From NCBI GenBank assembly GCA_038065455.1, contig JBBTQX010000008.1, forward strand, positions 4,257 to 68,256: a DNA stretch of 64,000 bases. The letters are read 5' to 3'. Positions 9,113 through 18,815 of the stretch are shown one piece after another; position 1 is the stretch's first letter, and each line of letters opens with the position of its first letter. The stretch is from Patescibacteria group bacterium. GTDB taxonomy: Bacteria; Patescibacteriota; Minisyncoccia; UBA6257; GWB1-50-10. The translations under genes and the position numbers were made by a program. The notes below the pieces were generated by a model. It had not been told where the DNA came from and did not search any database. It saw nothing but the letters and a program-made list of their open reading frames with translations.

Positions 9113-10342
9113 TTATCTCTTTTTCTTCCTTAGAAAAGTGGGAATGTCCCAAGGCTCGTTCTTTTCCGACTTCGGCGAGGCCGATTTCGGACCCTTTTCG
9201 CTTTCCTCATCGAACATATCGTCATTCTTTTCGGCTTTATCCAATCCCGCTTCAGGTTTTACCTCCTTTTTCATTCCTTCGCCACTCATAAAAAGGGTTG
9301 GAATCATCGAACGCTGAGGAAAAACGCCGTTAAAGCCAGTCGCAATGACCGTCACTTTGATGGCCTTATCCTTCAAACTCCGGTCATGATAGGCGCCGAA
9401 GATGACGCGCGCATTCGAGTCCAGATTAGCCGATATGGCTTTCGCAATATCGTTGATTTCGGACATTTTAAGGTCTTTAGCGCCCGCTATACTAAAAACA
9501 ATACCCTTCGCGCCATCCAAAGAGACTTCCAAAAGCGGCGAATTGATTGCGGCATTCACGGCTTTAATGCTCCGATCCTGGCCCGAGGCCATACCAATAC
9601 CTATTAACGTGGTGCCGGCATCCTTCAATATCGTCTTGATATCGGCGAAGTCCACGTTAATGATACCCGGATTGTTTATAAGTTCGGTAATCGCCTGCAC
9701 CGACTGTTTCAAAATATCATCGATTGAAGCAAAAGCTTTCAAGATTGGCGTGTCTTTATCGATAAGGGAAAAAATACGGTCGTTCGGTATCACGACGAGC
9801 GCGTCCACTTTTTCTTTGAGACGGCTCAATCCTTCTTGAGCGATATTCATCCGTTGAGCGCCTTCAAAGGCGAAAGGTTTTGTGACGACTGCAACCGTAA
9901 GAATTCCTTTTTCCTTCGCGATTTCCGCAACCACTGCGGAGGCCGAAGTGCCCGTGCCGCCGCCCATGCCGGCCGTGATGAAAGCGATGTCAGTGCCTTC
10001 GAGCATCTCGCCGATTTCCGAACGATTCTCTTCGGCGGCCTGTTTGCCGATTTCCGGATTCATGCCCGCGCCCAAACCGCGCGTCAAAGCTTTCCCGATG
10101 TAAATCTTTTTATGCGCCGCCGCGTAATCCAAATCCTGAGCGTCGGTGTTTACCGCGACGAATTCGACGCCGCGCGGCCGGTCGCCATTCATCATTCGCG
10201 TAACGGCATTGCCGCCGCCGCCGCCCACGCCGATCACTTTGACACAGGTCAACCCGTTCTTACTTTCTTTGGGTTTCAGCTTAAGATTCTTTTTAATTTT
10301 TTTATGGTTCTTTTTTGACATTTCGGTTTTCAACTTTATCAA
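9113..10342 (-). CDS. ftsZ: cell division GTPase FtsZ
   Basis: GVGGGGGNAVTRMM tubulin signature and a full FtsZ core. Confidence 0.97.
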   Translation of the reverse strand: MIKLKTEMSKKNHKKIKKNLKLKPKESKNGLTCVKVIGVGGGGGNAVTRMMNGDRPRGVEFVAVNTDAQDLDYAAAHKKIYIGKALTRGLGAGMNPEIGKQAAEENRSEIGEMLEGTDIAFITAGMGGGTGTSASAVVAEIAKEKGILTVAVVTKPFAFEGAQRMNIAQEGLSRLKEKVDALVVIPNDRIFSLIDKDTPILKAFASIDDILKQSVQAITELINNPGIINVDFADIKTILKDAGTTLIGIGMASGQDRSIKAVNAAINSPLLEVSLDGAKGIVFSIAGAKDLKMSEINDIAKAISANLDSNARVIFGAYHDRSLKDKAIKVTVIATGFNGVFPQRSMIPTLFMSGEGMKKEVKPEAGLDKAEKNDDMFDEESEKGPKSASPKSEKNEPWDIPTFLRKKKR

Positions 10343-10360
10343 GTGTAATGAAAATAAAAA

Positions 10361-11578
10361 TTAAGGCAATAAATTGCGGAGGAATTTCTTGACCGCGCCT
10401 ATACCCGAAACGGGCGTCTCATTTTCCGTCTTGCCCCAAATGACAAGCCCCGCCGCTACGGAAAATTCCGGATCATCCATCATCTCCCGATGAGCCGGAT
10501 TCAAAATCTCGAATTCGGAAAGATTCGGAAAGCCGATTTGAACCGGAAGTTTGAGTTCCTGCTTCACGAGATCGGCCAAGCCGGCCAGTTTTACTCCCCC
10601 GCCCGTCAAAACTGCGCCAGCCGGAAAACGAGCATCGCGCCCGATTGTTTTCAATTCCCCGGCGACCAAGTCGAGTATTTCTATCAGCCGGCTTTCGATT
10701 ATCTCCGCCAAAAAATGACGGGAAACCTCACCTCCACTCTTCCCATCCACCTCCGAGAGTTTTATCGTCTCCCGCCGATTGATATCTTTCGCCAGCGCGC
10801 AACCGAAAGAAGTTTTGAGCTTTTCCGCCACCTCGACGGAAATTTTTAATCCAATTGCGATGTCATTCGTAACATAACTAGAACCCACGGGCAGACTTCG
10901 AACGTGGAGTATCTTACTATCCTCATAGACCGCCAAAGTCGTCGTGCTCGCGCCAAAATCAATAACAAAACTGCCGAGTTCTTTTTGTTTTTTTGAAAGA
11001 ACCGAACGGGCGGCGGCCAAAGGATTGAAAATCACTCCGCCTACGCCGACGTTCAAACGCTCCAGAGTTTTCAAAAGAAGGCTTACTTGGGGTAAAAATC
11101 CTTCCATAATAAGCGTCGAAACCTCCAGCCGACTGCCGTTCATTCCCAAAGGATTAGAAATATCTCCCACATCGTCTACGAGGTATTCCTTTATTATATT
11201 ATGAAGCACGATTGAATTAGGCAGAATCTTTACCGCCTGGGAAAACTGAATCGCCCGCTCGATATCTTCGGTTTGAATCTCCTTGTCGCCCCGCGCGACA
11301 GCCGCCACCCCCCGGGAAACCCGGGCTTTCACCCGCTCGCTGTTCGCGTTCACAAAAATATTCTGAACGGCTTTCTTGGATATTTTTCTGAGGTCAACAA
11401 AAAGATTGTGGAGCACCTTGGTGGATTCTTCAACATCTACCAACACGCCTTTTCGAAAACCGGCCATCGGCTGTTTGAAAACCGAGATGACCGAAAGGGT
11501 CCCGTCCTTCTTCACTTCCGCCACTATCCCCTTTACCTGGGACGTGCCGATATCCAACCCGGTAATGATTTGAGACAT
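10361..11578 (-). CDS. ftsA: cell division protein FtsA
   Basis: Actin-like ATPase beginning ITGLDIGTSQVKGIV. Lies immediately upstream of ftsZ. Confidence 0.93.
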   Translation of the reverse strand: MSQIITGLDIGTSQVKGIVAEVKKDGTLSVISVFKQPMAGFRKGVLVDVEESTKVLHNLFVDLRKISKKAVQNIFVNANSERVKARVSRGVAAVARGDKEIQTEDIERAIQFSQAVKILPNSIVLHNIIKEYLVDDVGDISNPLGMNGSRLEVSTLIMEGFLPQVSLLLKTLERLNVGVGGVIFNPLAAARSVLSKKQKELGSFVIDFGASTTTLAVYEDSKILHVRSLPVGSSYVTNDIAIGLKISVEVAEKLKTSFGCALAKDINRRETIKLSEVDGKSGGEVSRHFLAEIIESRLIEILDLVAGELKTIGRDARFPAGAVLTGGGVKLAGLADLVKQELKLPVQIGFPNLSEFEILNPAHREMMDDPEFSVAAGLVIWGKTENETPVSGIGAVKKFLRNLLP

Positions 11579-11967
11579 AGTTCTTCTTCGAGTATTTCCA
11601 TTCTTATCCTATCACGTTTGCCCTTGTGGGTATATCCCAAAAGATGCAAAAAACCGTGGATAAAAAGGAAACCGATGTTTTCCCCGCGGGCGCGGATATA
11701 ATCCGGCGCGAGAAATATTTCGCCCAGAAAACGGCGCCCGCTTCCCAGATCGGGCCGAAGCGAGCCTTTTTCCGCCTCGAAGCTCAAAACGTTCGTCGGC
11801 CGATTTTTACCCTTGAATTTCCGGTTTATTTTTTTCATCTCCGAGTCGGAAACAAGAAAAACCTCAAGAGAGAGGTTTTTTTTTTCGGCCAGCTTCGGCA
11901 GCTTCCGAACGAGCGATTCCACTATTTCAGTTTCCTTCGCGAATTTTTTATTTCGATTAAAGACCAA
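11533..11967 (-). CDS. ybeY: rRNA maturation endoribonuclease YbeY
   Basis: IHGFLHLLGYTH matches the metal-binding H-x-x-x-H-x-x-x-x-x-H motif. Confidence 0.85.
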   Translation of the reverse strand: MVFNRNKKFAKETEIVESLVRKLPKLAEKKNLSLEVFLVSDSEMKKINRKFKGKNRPTNVLSFEAEKGSLRPDLGSGRRFLGEIFLAPDYIRARGENIGFLFIHGFLHLLGYTHKGKRDRIRMEILEEELCLKSLPGWISARPR

Positions 11968-12424
11968 TTTTTTCCTTGATAATTTTGGTTACGAGCCCCG
12001 CGTCGGCGATGCCCTTCAATTTTTTCATGGCCTCATTCATTACCTTACCGAAATCCTTGGGACCGGCCGGCAAAACTTTATCCACGGCTTCCTGGACAAT
12101 TTTTTCCACGGCGGCGGAATCAAGCTGGGGCGGCAAATAATCCTCCAGAATTTTAAGCTCTTTTTGTTCTTTAGCGGCCAGCTCGGGACGATTACCTTTG
12201 AGATATACTTCGATGGATTCCTTTCTTTTCTTGATTTCCCTCCTCAAGATTTCCGACAAATCGTCGTCGGTAAGATTGGCGTCTTCCCCGCGCCCTTTCT
12301 TTTCAATTTCCCGATTATGGGCGGCGGAGAGAAAAAGGCGCAAGGTGCTGACCTTCGTCTCATTTTTATCCTTCTGCGCTTGAACCAGCTCTTTGCTCGT
12401 CTGGTCTTTCAAGTTATCCATCAT
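11957..12424 (-). CDS. GatB/YqeY domain protein
   Basis: N-terminal MMDNLKDQ..LRLFLSAAHNREIEKK is typical of the YqeY family. Confidence 0.75.
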   Translation of the reverse strand: MMDNLKDQTSKELVQAQKDKNETKVSTLRLFLSAAHNREIEKKGRGEDANLTDDDLSEILRREIKKRKESIEVYLKGNRPELAAKEQKELKILEDYLPPQLDSAAVEKIVQEAVDKVLPAGPKDFGKVMNEAMKKLKGIADAGLVTKIIKEKIGL

Positions 12425-12648
12425 TATTTTTTCTGGATACGGCCGTATTTCTTTGATTTGGCCATCTCGTCCTTCTTCTTCATCCGATAAAGAGCGCTCA
12501 ATTTGCGCTTCCTTTTATTCTCGGGGCGCGAACGAACACGGCGCTTTCTCACTTCTTTCAAAACGCCGCTCTGCTGAATGCGTTTCGAAAAACGGTAAAG
12601 AAAAGAACCGACGTTCTCATTTTTCCTCCTTCTGACTTCCATTGGCAT
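12424..12648 (-). CDS. rpsU: 30S ribosomal protein S21
   Basis: MPMEVRRRKNENVGSFLYRFSKRIQQSGVLKEVRKRR matches the S21 consensus. Confidence 0.9.
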   Translation of the reverse strand: MPMEVRRRKNENVGSFLYRFSKRIQQSGVLKEVRKRRVRSRPENKRKRKLSALYRMKKKDEMAKSKKYGRIQKK

Positions 12649-12710
12649 AATATTATTAAATTCTAATTTCTAAATACTAAATTCTAAACACTGGTATAAT
12701 TTCGACCGTT

Positions 12711-14018
12711 TTAATGAATTCTTTTTTTCACCTCTTCCACCAGCCTGTCGGTCACGATCGTTTCTTGAACACTGGAAGTCATATCTCGCACGATAACAGT
12801 CCCTTCATAAACTTCTTTTTGGCCCAGTATGAGCGCGAGAGATATATTCATTCTTTCGGCAATTTTGAGCTGGGCTTTCAAAGTCTTCTTGCCGACCACT
12901 TCGACGACCGCAACGCCCGAAGAACGCAATTGATTCATAAGCCTCAAGGCGGATTTTTTTGCCTGATCGCCGATAACGACGAAGAAAACTTTCGGTTTCA
13001 GTTTTGCGTGTGGCGCAACCTCCTGTCGTTTCATCGCTTCCACGACCCGCTCCAAACCCAAAGCGCCTCCCACCGCCGGAATGGCCCGACCGCAAACCTT
13101 TTCGGCTAAATAGTCGTAGCGGCAACCCGAGGCGACCGGTAACTCGAAGGGCGGAGCGAAAACCTCGAAAACGGTGCGATTCGAAGAATCATTTTCGGGA
13201 AAAAGGTACGGGTCAGGCTCATAGCCGATGCCATTATCCTCCACCAATTCTAAAACAGCTTTAAGATGATTATTACAATTCTGGCAGAGATAATCAAGAA
13301 CAATGGGCGATTTTTCCCGAAGTGATCGGCAAGCCGGTTCTTCACACCGGACGAGCGCTAAAGGATTACCATCCAAGCCGCGCTCGCAATTCTTGCAAAG
13401 TTCGTCCTTACACCCGCGGTAATAATTCTTGAGCTTTTGCTTGAATATCGGCCGGCAAACTCGGCAACCCGATGTGTTTATTTTCAGAATTGGATTTTTT
13501 ATTTTTAAAGCTCTTAAAAAATCGAAAATAGCGAGAATGATTTCGCCGTCATAAATGGAATCGGCTTCGCCCACCACCTCAAAACCCCAAACATGAAATT
13601 GCCGGCTGAAACCCGGCTTAATTTTTATATGCCGAAAAAATGGGCCGGTGTGGTAAACCTTGAGCGGCGAAGAAAAATAAGCCAAACGATTTTCAAGATA
13701 ACTCCTTAAAATCGGCGTATGAGCGTCAAAACGCAAAGCGAGCTTTTCCTCCTCCCTAGTCTTCAGAGTGTAAAGTTTTTTCTCGAAATCAGCCGGATCG
13801 TTCGCGACGGAAGTGAAAAGTTCGGAATTTTCCAAAAGCGGCGTTTCGATGAAATAAAAATCGTGGAGTTCGCTCACTGCTTGGCCGGTTTGCCAAATCA
13901 TTCTCCGCCACTCCTGCTCCCGGGGTAGAATATCGCTCATTCCATTAACCCCTTTAAAAATGAGGTCTTTGGCCGGCTTCGGAGACTTATTAACCTTAAT
14001 CTTTGGTTTATTGAACAT
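12711..14018 (-). CDS. hisS: histidyl-tRNA synthetase
   Basis: N-terminal RDILP..ELFTSV class IIa motifs and the HisRS-specific Cys-rich insertion (CRVCRP...CKNC..NPLALVRCEEPAC). Confidence 0.85.
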   Translation of the reverse strand: MFNKPKIKVNKSPKPAKDLIFKGVNGMSDILPREQEWRRMIWQTGQAVSELHDFYFIETPLLENSELFTSVANDPADFEKKLYTLKTREEEKLALRFDAHTPILRSYLENRLAYFSSPLKVYHTGPFFRHIKIKPGFSRQFHVWGFEVVGEADSIYDGEIILAIFDFLRALKIKNPILKINTSGCRVCRPIFKQKLKNYYRGCKDELCKNCERGLDGNPLALVRCEEPACRSLREKSPIVLDYLCQNCNNHLKAVLELVEDNGIGYEPDPYLFPENDSSNRTVFEVFAPPFELPVASGCRYDYLAEKVCGRAIPAVGGALGLERVVEAMKRQEVAPHAKLKPKVFFVVIGDQAKKSALRLMNQLRSSGVAVVEVVGKKTLKAQLKIAERMNISLALILGQKEVYEGTVIVRDMTSSVQETIVTDRLVEEVKKRIH

Positions 14019-14563
14019 TATCGGTAAGCAGGAGCAGAGAACGCCATTGCTTCATTGAATGGCCAAAGACGGAAACGAACCACTCCGACCAAATCATCTT
14101 CCGGCAAAGGCCCCCAATTTCTGGAATCGAAGCTGAAATCCCGATTATCTCCCATCACAAAGTATTCGCCCGCCGCGAGCGTTTTTTCCATCTCGGCGCC
14201 CTGGGATTCCCGGGAAACGTATGATTCATTCAAAGCTATCGTTTCTCCGTCTTTCTTCAATATTTCCACTCGGCCGCCGCCCGCTCTTACCGTTTCGCCG
14301 GGCAAGCCGATTATCCTTTTTATGAAATAGGAATTGGTATCGTTAGGATACTTGAAAACCACCACCTCGCCCCGTTCGGGAGCCCGAAAACGATAGGTAA
14401 GCTCGTCTACCAGGAGATAATTACCATTCTTAAAGCTCGGTTCCATGCTGGAACCGCTCACAAGAAAAGGCTGCGCGACAAAGGAACGCACTATAAACAC
14501 GGCGACAACGGCGACAACGACTGTCTCCGCTACTTCGAAAATGGACCAGAGTATTTTTTTCAA
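14018..14563 (-). CDS. lepB: signal peptidase I
   Basis: FLVSGSSMEPSF (Ser box) and GDNRDFSFDSRNWGP (box E). Confidence 0.9.
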   Translation of the reverse strand: MKKILWSIFEVAETVVVAVVAVFIVRSFVAQPFLVSGSSMEPSFKNGNYLLVDELTYRFRAPERGEVVVFKYPNDTNSYFIKRIIGLPGETVRAGGGRVEILKKDGETIALNESYVSRESQGAEMEKTLAAGEYFVMGDNRDFSFDSRNWGPLPEDDLVGVVRFRLWPFNEAMAFSAPAYR

Positions 14564-14717
14564 TTTACCAGGCAGTGAAAATGCGACCGCGATTCAAAAT
14601 TGAATCGATGATTTTGAAAAGCATCCAGTTGTATTTCTAAAATTGATGTTTTTGTCATTAATAACATTAATTGGCCGCATTTCTACTGCCCGGTGAATCC
14701 TATATAATATATATGAG

Positions 14718-15248
14718 ATGAATGGAGTTTTCAACCCCGAGAAAATAAAGCTGATTGTCGGCCTGGGTAATCCGGGCTCCGACTACGAAAACACTTACCA
14801 TAACGCCGGATTTTTGGCGCTCAAATATCTTTCGGAGAACGCACCGGAAACCGATTGGCGGCAAGCGAAAAAATTCTCCTATATTAAGACAAGCCGCTTC
14901 ATTCTCGTGAAACCGGAAGAATTCATGAATGAATCAGGCAACGCCGTCAAAGAAGCTTTGAAATATTTCAAATCGAAGAAATTCGAGCTTCTTCTCGTTC
15001 ACGACGACTCCGATTTGGAATCGGGCAAATGGAAATTAAGCTTCGGCCGGGGCGCCGCCGGACACCGCGGAGTCGAGTCCATAATCGCATCCGTGAAAAG
15101 TCCGGATTTCTGGCGGGCGAGAATCGGCGTGAGAAATCGGAAAGGCAAAGCCGGCGATTTCGTGCTGAAAAAGATATCTTCGGCCGACCGGAAAAGCCTT
15201 ATTTTGGCGTTCCGGGAATTAAAAGACGTTTTAAGCGTCAACGGCTGA
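14718..15248 (+). CDS. pth: peptidyl-tRNA hydrolase
   Basis: LIVGLGNPGSDYENTYHNAGF is the Pth signature. Confidence 0.92.
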   Translation: MNGVFNPEKIKLIVGLGNPGSDYENTYHNAGFLALKYLSENAPETDWRQAKKFSYIKTSRFILVKPEEFMNESGNAVKEALKYFKSKKFELLLVHDDSDLESGKWKLSFGRGAAGHRGVESIIASVKSPDFWRARIGVRNRKGKAGDFVLKKISSADRKSLILAFRELKDVLSVNG

Positions 15249-16740
15249 CATTGAACTGAAAAGATAAATTGAAAGAAACCGAATTGTCGGGCGCAATCGA
15301 TATCTGGGTCAAAGGAAGGTTCACATTCAAAAATTCCGGATCTGATGAAAGGGTGTTTTTGAAATCAAGTACGGTATTATAATCCGCCGCCGTTCCGAAA
15401 AGACTGATAGGCGAATTTAAAGACAAAATGTTCACGCTTTTTAGCTTCACATGGCTCGCCTCCGCCACATTTCCCAAATGATTCAAAACATCGTACCAAG
15501 GAAGCGAGTTTCCCCGAACGCTCTTAATGGTCGAGATTAAAGTATTGAATTCGGAAACTTTCGCGGTCAAATCCGCCAATTCCTGCTGACGGCCGGAATA
15601 GGTAAATTCGTTCAATTGATTCGCCAGATCTTTCGAGCGGGAAACGAGGAAACTCGCGGCGAGTATGAAAGTGACGAGCATTATAGAAAAGACTCCTACC
15701 GCGATATTTCGCCAAAGAGAGAGGAAATTCAGAATCTGGTCATTGTAGATATTATTCACGAGATCTTCTCCTCCCAGATTAACGATTTTAAGCCCCCCTT
15801 CCCCCAATTCCATTCTTCCCCGCAAAGCCGCTCCCAACGCGACATAGAAAACGGGCGCGATATCATTCAGCACGAGCGGCACCGCCCTCAAACCAAAGTT
15901 TTTTTCCAAAAGTCCGACAATTTCCGATTCGAATCCCGGCGCAACAACGAACGCTCCGCTGGGCGTTTCATGGAAACGGCTCACGGAAAAATTAATCACT
16001 TTTCTCACCTCATCGATTACCTCTGCATCGAAGACCGGTCGCGAAATGGCGCGCGCATCGCCTTGAATGGATTGCCAAGAACGGAAATAATTGAAATAAA
16101 GTTTCCCGTTTCTCAAAATAATGATACTTAGGCCTTCGCTTGAAACATGGGCAACCAAGGTGGAATTCTGATTCAGTTTCGTCAACTGATCGATGACACG
16201 AGTGAGCGCCAAAGCCGGAAATTCCAGCGCTACGGGAGAAAATCCTCCCTGAACCAATAAGTCGCGGAACTGGCCAGAACTATTCTTATCCACAAAAGCT
16301 CCCAGAAGATCATAACGATCCGGCGTCTCTCCGATAATCTGGGCGCCCATATTCGCGTTCGCCGCCGGAATCGGGGAAATCATCTGCAGATTCAACTCTG
16401 CCGTTTCTTTTATTTTATCCGCTCCCACATTCGGAATATTGAAGCTCTGGGTATAGACCAAGGCGGCCGGCAAAGCCACCGTGACCCGGAGCATTTTTTC
16501 CGGCTCGTTGGGCAATATCATATCGTGGAATTTTTTGACGTATCCGAGAAATTGCGCCGAATCCTCCAATTTGCCGTTCTTCAGTATTCCCGGCGGCAAA
16601 CGGAGCGCCACGGTTTTCGGTTTTTCGTATTCGAAAAAAACGTACTCCAACCCGGCATCACTCAACTGCAATCCGTCGATTCTGGGCTTGGAGCTCAATT
16701 TATCGAGGAGGGATTTTATTCTTTTGAAAAGATTGTCCAT
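15238..16740 (-). CDS. PilM-like actin-fold domain fused to a TM segment and PilN-like C-terminal domain (pilus/secretion assembly protein)
   Basis: N-terminal 300 aa resemble PilM (GLQLSDAGLEYVFF...ALRLPPGIL...). Followed by a TM helix IAVGVFSIMLVTFILAASFLV and a coiled-coil tail. Confidence 0.5.
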   Translation of the reverse strand: MDNLFKRIKSLLDKLSSKPRIDGLQLSDAGLEYVFFEYEKPKTVALRLPPGILKNGKLEDSAQFLGYVKKFHDMILPNEPEKMLRVTVALPAALVYTQSFNIPNVGADKIKETAELNLQMISPIPAANANMGAQIIGETPDRYDLLGAFVDKNSSGQFRDLLVQGGFSPVALEFPALALTRVIDQLTKLNQNSTLVAHVSSEGLSIIILRNGKLYFNYFRSWQSIQGDARAISRPVFDAEVIDEVRKVINFSVSRFHETPSGAFVVAPGFESEIVGLLEKNFGLRAVPLVLNDIAPVFYVALGAALRGRMELGEGGLKIVNLGGEDLVNNIYNDQILNFLSLWRNIAVGVFSIMLVTFILAASFLVSRSKDLANQLNEFTYSGRQQELADLTAKVSEFNTLISTIKSVRGNSLPWYDVLNHLGNVAEASHVKLKSVNILSLNSPISLFGTAADYNTVLDFKNTLSSDPEFLNVNLPLTQISIAPDNSVSFNLSFQFNVSR

Positions 16741-16743
16741 TTT

Positions 16744-17166
16744 TTATTGGAGTGCTTGATCCGTGACCGACTGAAGTTGAATTTGGCCGGTATCCCGATT
16801 GACGATGGCTTTTCCGAAAATGCTTCTTTCTCTGGTTCCGGCCGTCCCAAGCGAAGTAATCGAATAGACATACACATTGGCTCCGATGTCGAGCGTCCGA
16901 GAAACATTTATTGTCGCGCTATCGTTGTCTATTGTAAGGCCATAAGGATTGGAGCTGGGCAGAAAATCCCGGTTTTTCGAAATTCTCGCGAGCGCGTCCC
17001 ATAGTCCGGAATAGGCGGCGGTAACTGCTCGGGATTCCAACCGTTCACCCAAACCGGAATTACTCAAAAAATAAGTTACGAAAGAACCCGCGATCACGAT
17101 CTCAACAATGACGCCGCTCACGAGAAGCACGAATGAGAGGGCAATCTGACCTTTTTTTAAAAACAT
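16744..17166 (-). CDS. small membrane-anchored protein, hypothetical
   Basis: N-terminal TM segment. Co-directional with the PilM/N-like gene. Confidence 0.4.
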   Translation of the reverse strand: MFLKKGQIALSFVLLVSGVIVEIVIAGSFVTYFLSNSGLGERLESRAVTAAYSGLWDALARISKNRDFLPSSNPYGLTIDNDSATINVSRTLDIGANVYVYSITSLGTAGTRERSIFGKAIVNRDTGQIQLQSVTDQALQ

Positions 17167-17237
17167 CTTTCTCTAATGATAGCAAAAATCCCCTCTCGCG
17201 TTAATGAAAGGGGATTTTTTCGAAAATATCCGACGGA

Positions 17238-17678
17238 CTATTTGCTTTCCGGGGCGGACGAGCCGCTCTTCGGGGCAACGTTCGTAGCCGGTTGCTGGGC
17301 CTGATTGGCCTGCGCAGGCATGAGATCCGGATTCGTTTGGATCAATTTGATCAACTGGCTGTCGCTCTTCAGTTTCGTGTACCAAGCCACTTCGTCGCGG
17401 TTGATTTTCATGGAATCTTCCGGACCCCAAAAGACATTGGAGAATTTCTGGACATTCACGGGATTCTCCTTATCCTGGGCATTCACCTGCAAAAGGTAAA
17501 CATGGCTCAAGCTGAAGGACGGAAAGCGGCTCAATTGGCCAAAGTACAAATCTCCCGTCTTGAGGTAAACGGCGTAATAGGAGGGGCTGCTGAACCAAGT
17601 CTGCCAAACCAACACTCCTCCGAGCGCGAGAACCAAAACGACGAGAACGATTAAAATTACTTTATTCACGTTTCGCAT
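17238..17678 (-). CDS. membrane-anchored hypothetical protein
   Basis: N-terminal TM helix ILIVLVVLVLALGGVLVW and a Q/A-rich tail. Confidence 0.4.
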   Translation of the reverse strand: MRNVNKVILIVLVVLVLALGGVLVWQTWFSSPSYYAVYLKTGDLYFGQLSRFPSFSLSHVYLLQVNAQDKENPVNVQKFSNVFWGPEDSMKINRDEVAWYTKLKSDSQLIKLIQTNPDLMPAQANQAQQPATNVAPKSGSSAPESK

Positions 17679-17828
17679 TGATTGATTATGGATAAAAATA
17701 AAAACGACCTTTATATATGTAATAGATTATATCATACCCGGTATTACAATACTAAAAATTGTATGTAAATCGTCTTTATTTCTTTTTGTAGTACCTGGCA
17801 TATCCGCCCTTCTGTTATAATTTATAGG

Positions 17829-18812
17829 ATGAGAATGGTGAAAATAATCTTTTGGATTTTCGTGGTCGCAATTGTCGTGCTCGCGCTCATACTTGGTTTA
17901 AACTCCCCGAAAAGCCGCGCCGCCGGCACTAACATAAATTCTTCCGCGACGAGTTCCGTTGCCTGGGACGATATAATCGGCTGGCTGGATTTCTACAGTA
18001 CCGGAATCGTGCAGGTAAAAGGTACCCGACTCGAGGGCTATGCCAGTTCTTCTGTTGGAGACATATCGCTTGATTGCGCGACGACCAGAAGCGGAAATAT
18101 CTGCGGCAGTTCCAATTACGGAGTTTGCAACGGACCGGGCCCAAAAGATCCAACAAATCTTGACGGTACATGCGACGCAGGCGATGCAAGCGGTGAACTT
18201 ACCGGCTATGCATGGAACGACACAACTGGCTGGATCAGTTTTAATTGCGACCAGAGCTCTCATAGTGGCTCGAATGATTGCGCTAGTTCCAATTATAAGG
18301 TGTTAATAAACCAAAACACCGGCGATTTTTCCGGTTATGCCTGGAACGATACCAATGGCTGGATCAGTTTCAATTGCGCAAATAATACCAGTTGCGGAGT
18401 GAATAATTTTAAAATGAATACCTTGTGGCGGGCTACGAGCACTTTCGGTTATCTCGAATCTTCCATCTTCGATACCCAGGATCCCCAAGGCACCATCCTC
18501 AAAAGTTTTATTTGGAACGGAAGTGCTCCGGCCAGCACTTGCACCAATTTCCAGATTGCGGCCTCGAACGATACGAGCGGTCCATGGAATTATTTAGGGC
18601 CCTCCGGAGATGCAAGCAGTTACTATGGCGCCTCCTGCTCTCAAAGCCCTAACGGCGGTCTGGGCTGCGCTTCGGCCGACACGCCGATTTGCGTGAACTC
18701 CAGCCAATTCAACAATTATCGTTATTACCGATATAAAGCCCAGCTCCAAAGCAATTTAATTCAGACCCAGACGCCGAGGGTAGACGATGTTATACTTAAT
18801 TTCAGCAGATAA
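17829..18812 (+). CDS. secreted repeat protein with four GYAWND..GWISFNC-type repeats
   Basis: Signal peptide. Repeats DDIIGWLDF, GYAWNDTTGWISFNC, GYAWNDTNGWISFNC. The same repeat type occurs in the 815-aa protein at 50055..52502. Confidence 0.6.
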   Translation: MRMVKIIFWIFVVAIVVLALILGLNSPKSRAAGTNINSSATSSVAWDDIIGWLDFYSTGIVQVKGTRLEGYASSSVGDISLDCATTRSGNICGSSNYGVCNGPGPKDPTNLDGTCDAGDASGELTGYAWNDTTGWISFNCDQSSHSGSNDCASSNYKVLINQNTGDFSGYAWNDTNGWISFNCANNTSCGVNNFKMNTLWRATSTFGYLESSIFDTQDPQGTILKSFIWNGSAPASTCTNFQIAASNDTSGPWNYLGPSGDASSYYGASCSQSPNGGLGCASADTPICVNSSQFNNYRYYRYKAQLQSNLIQTQTPRVDDVILNFSR

Positions 18813-18815
18813 CTT

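Noticed and set aside
12649-12710. Direct repeats aattctaa x3 and a TGgTATAAT string upstream of rpsU
   Set aside because: The extended -10-like string is on the plus strand, where no gene follows. The repeats are short and AT-only, with insufficient support as a regulatory element.
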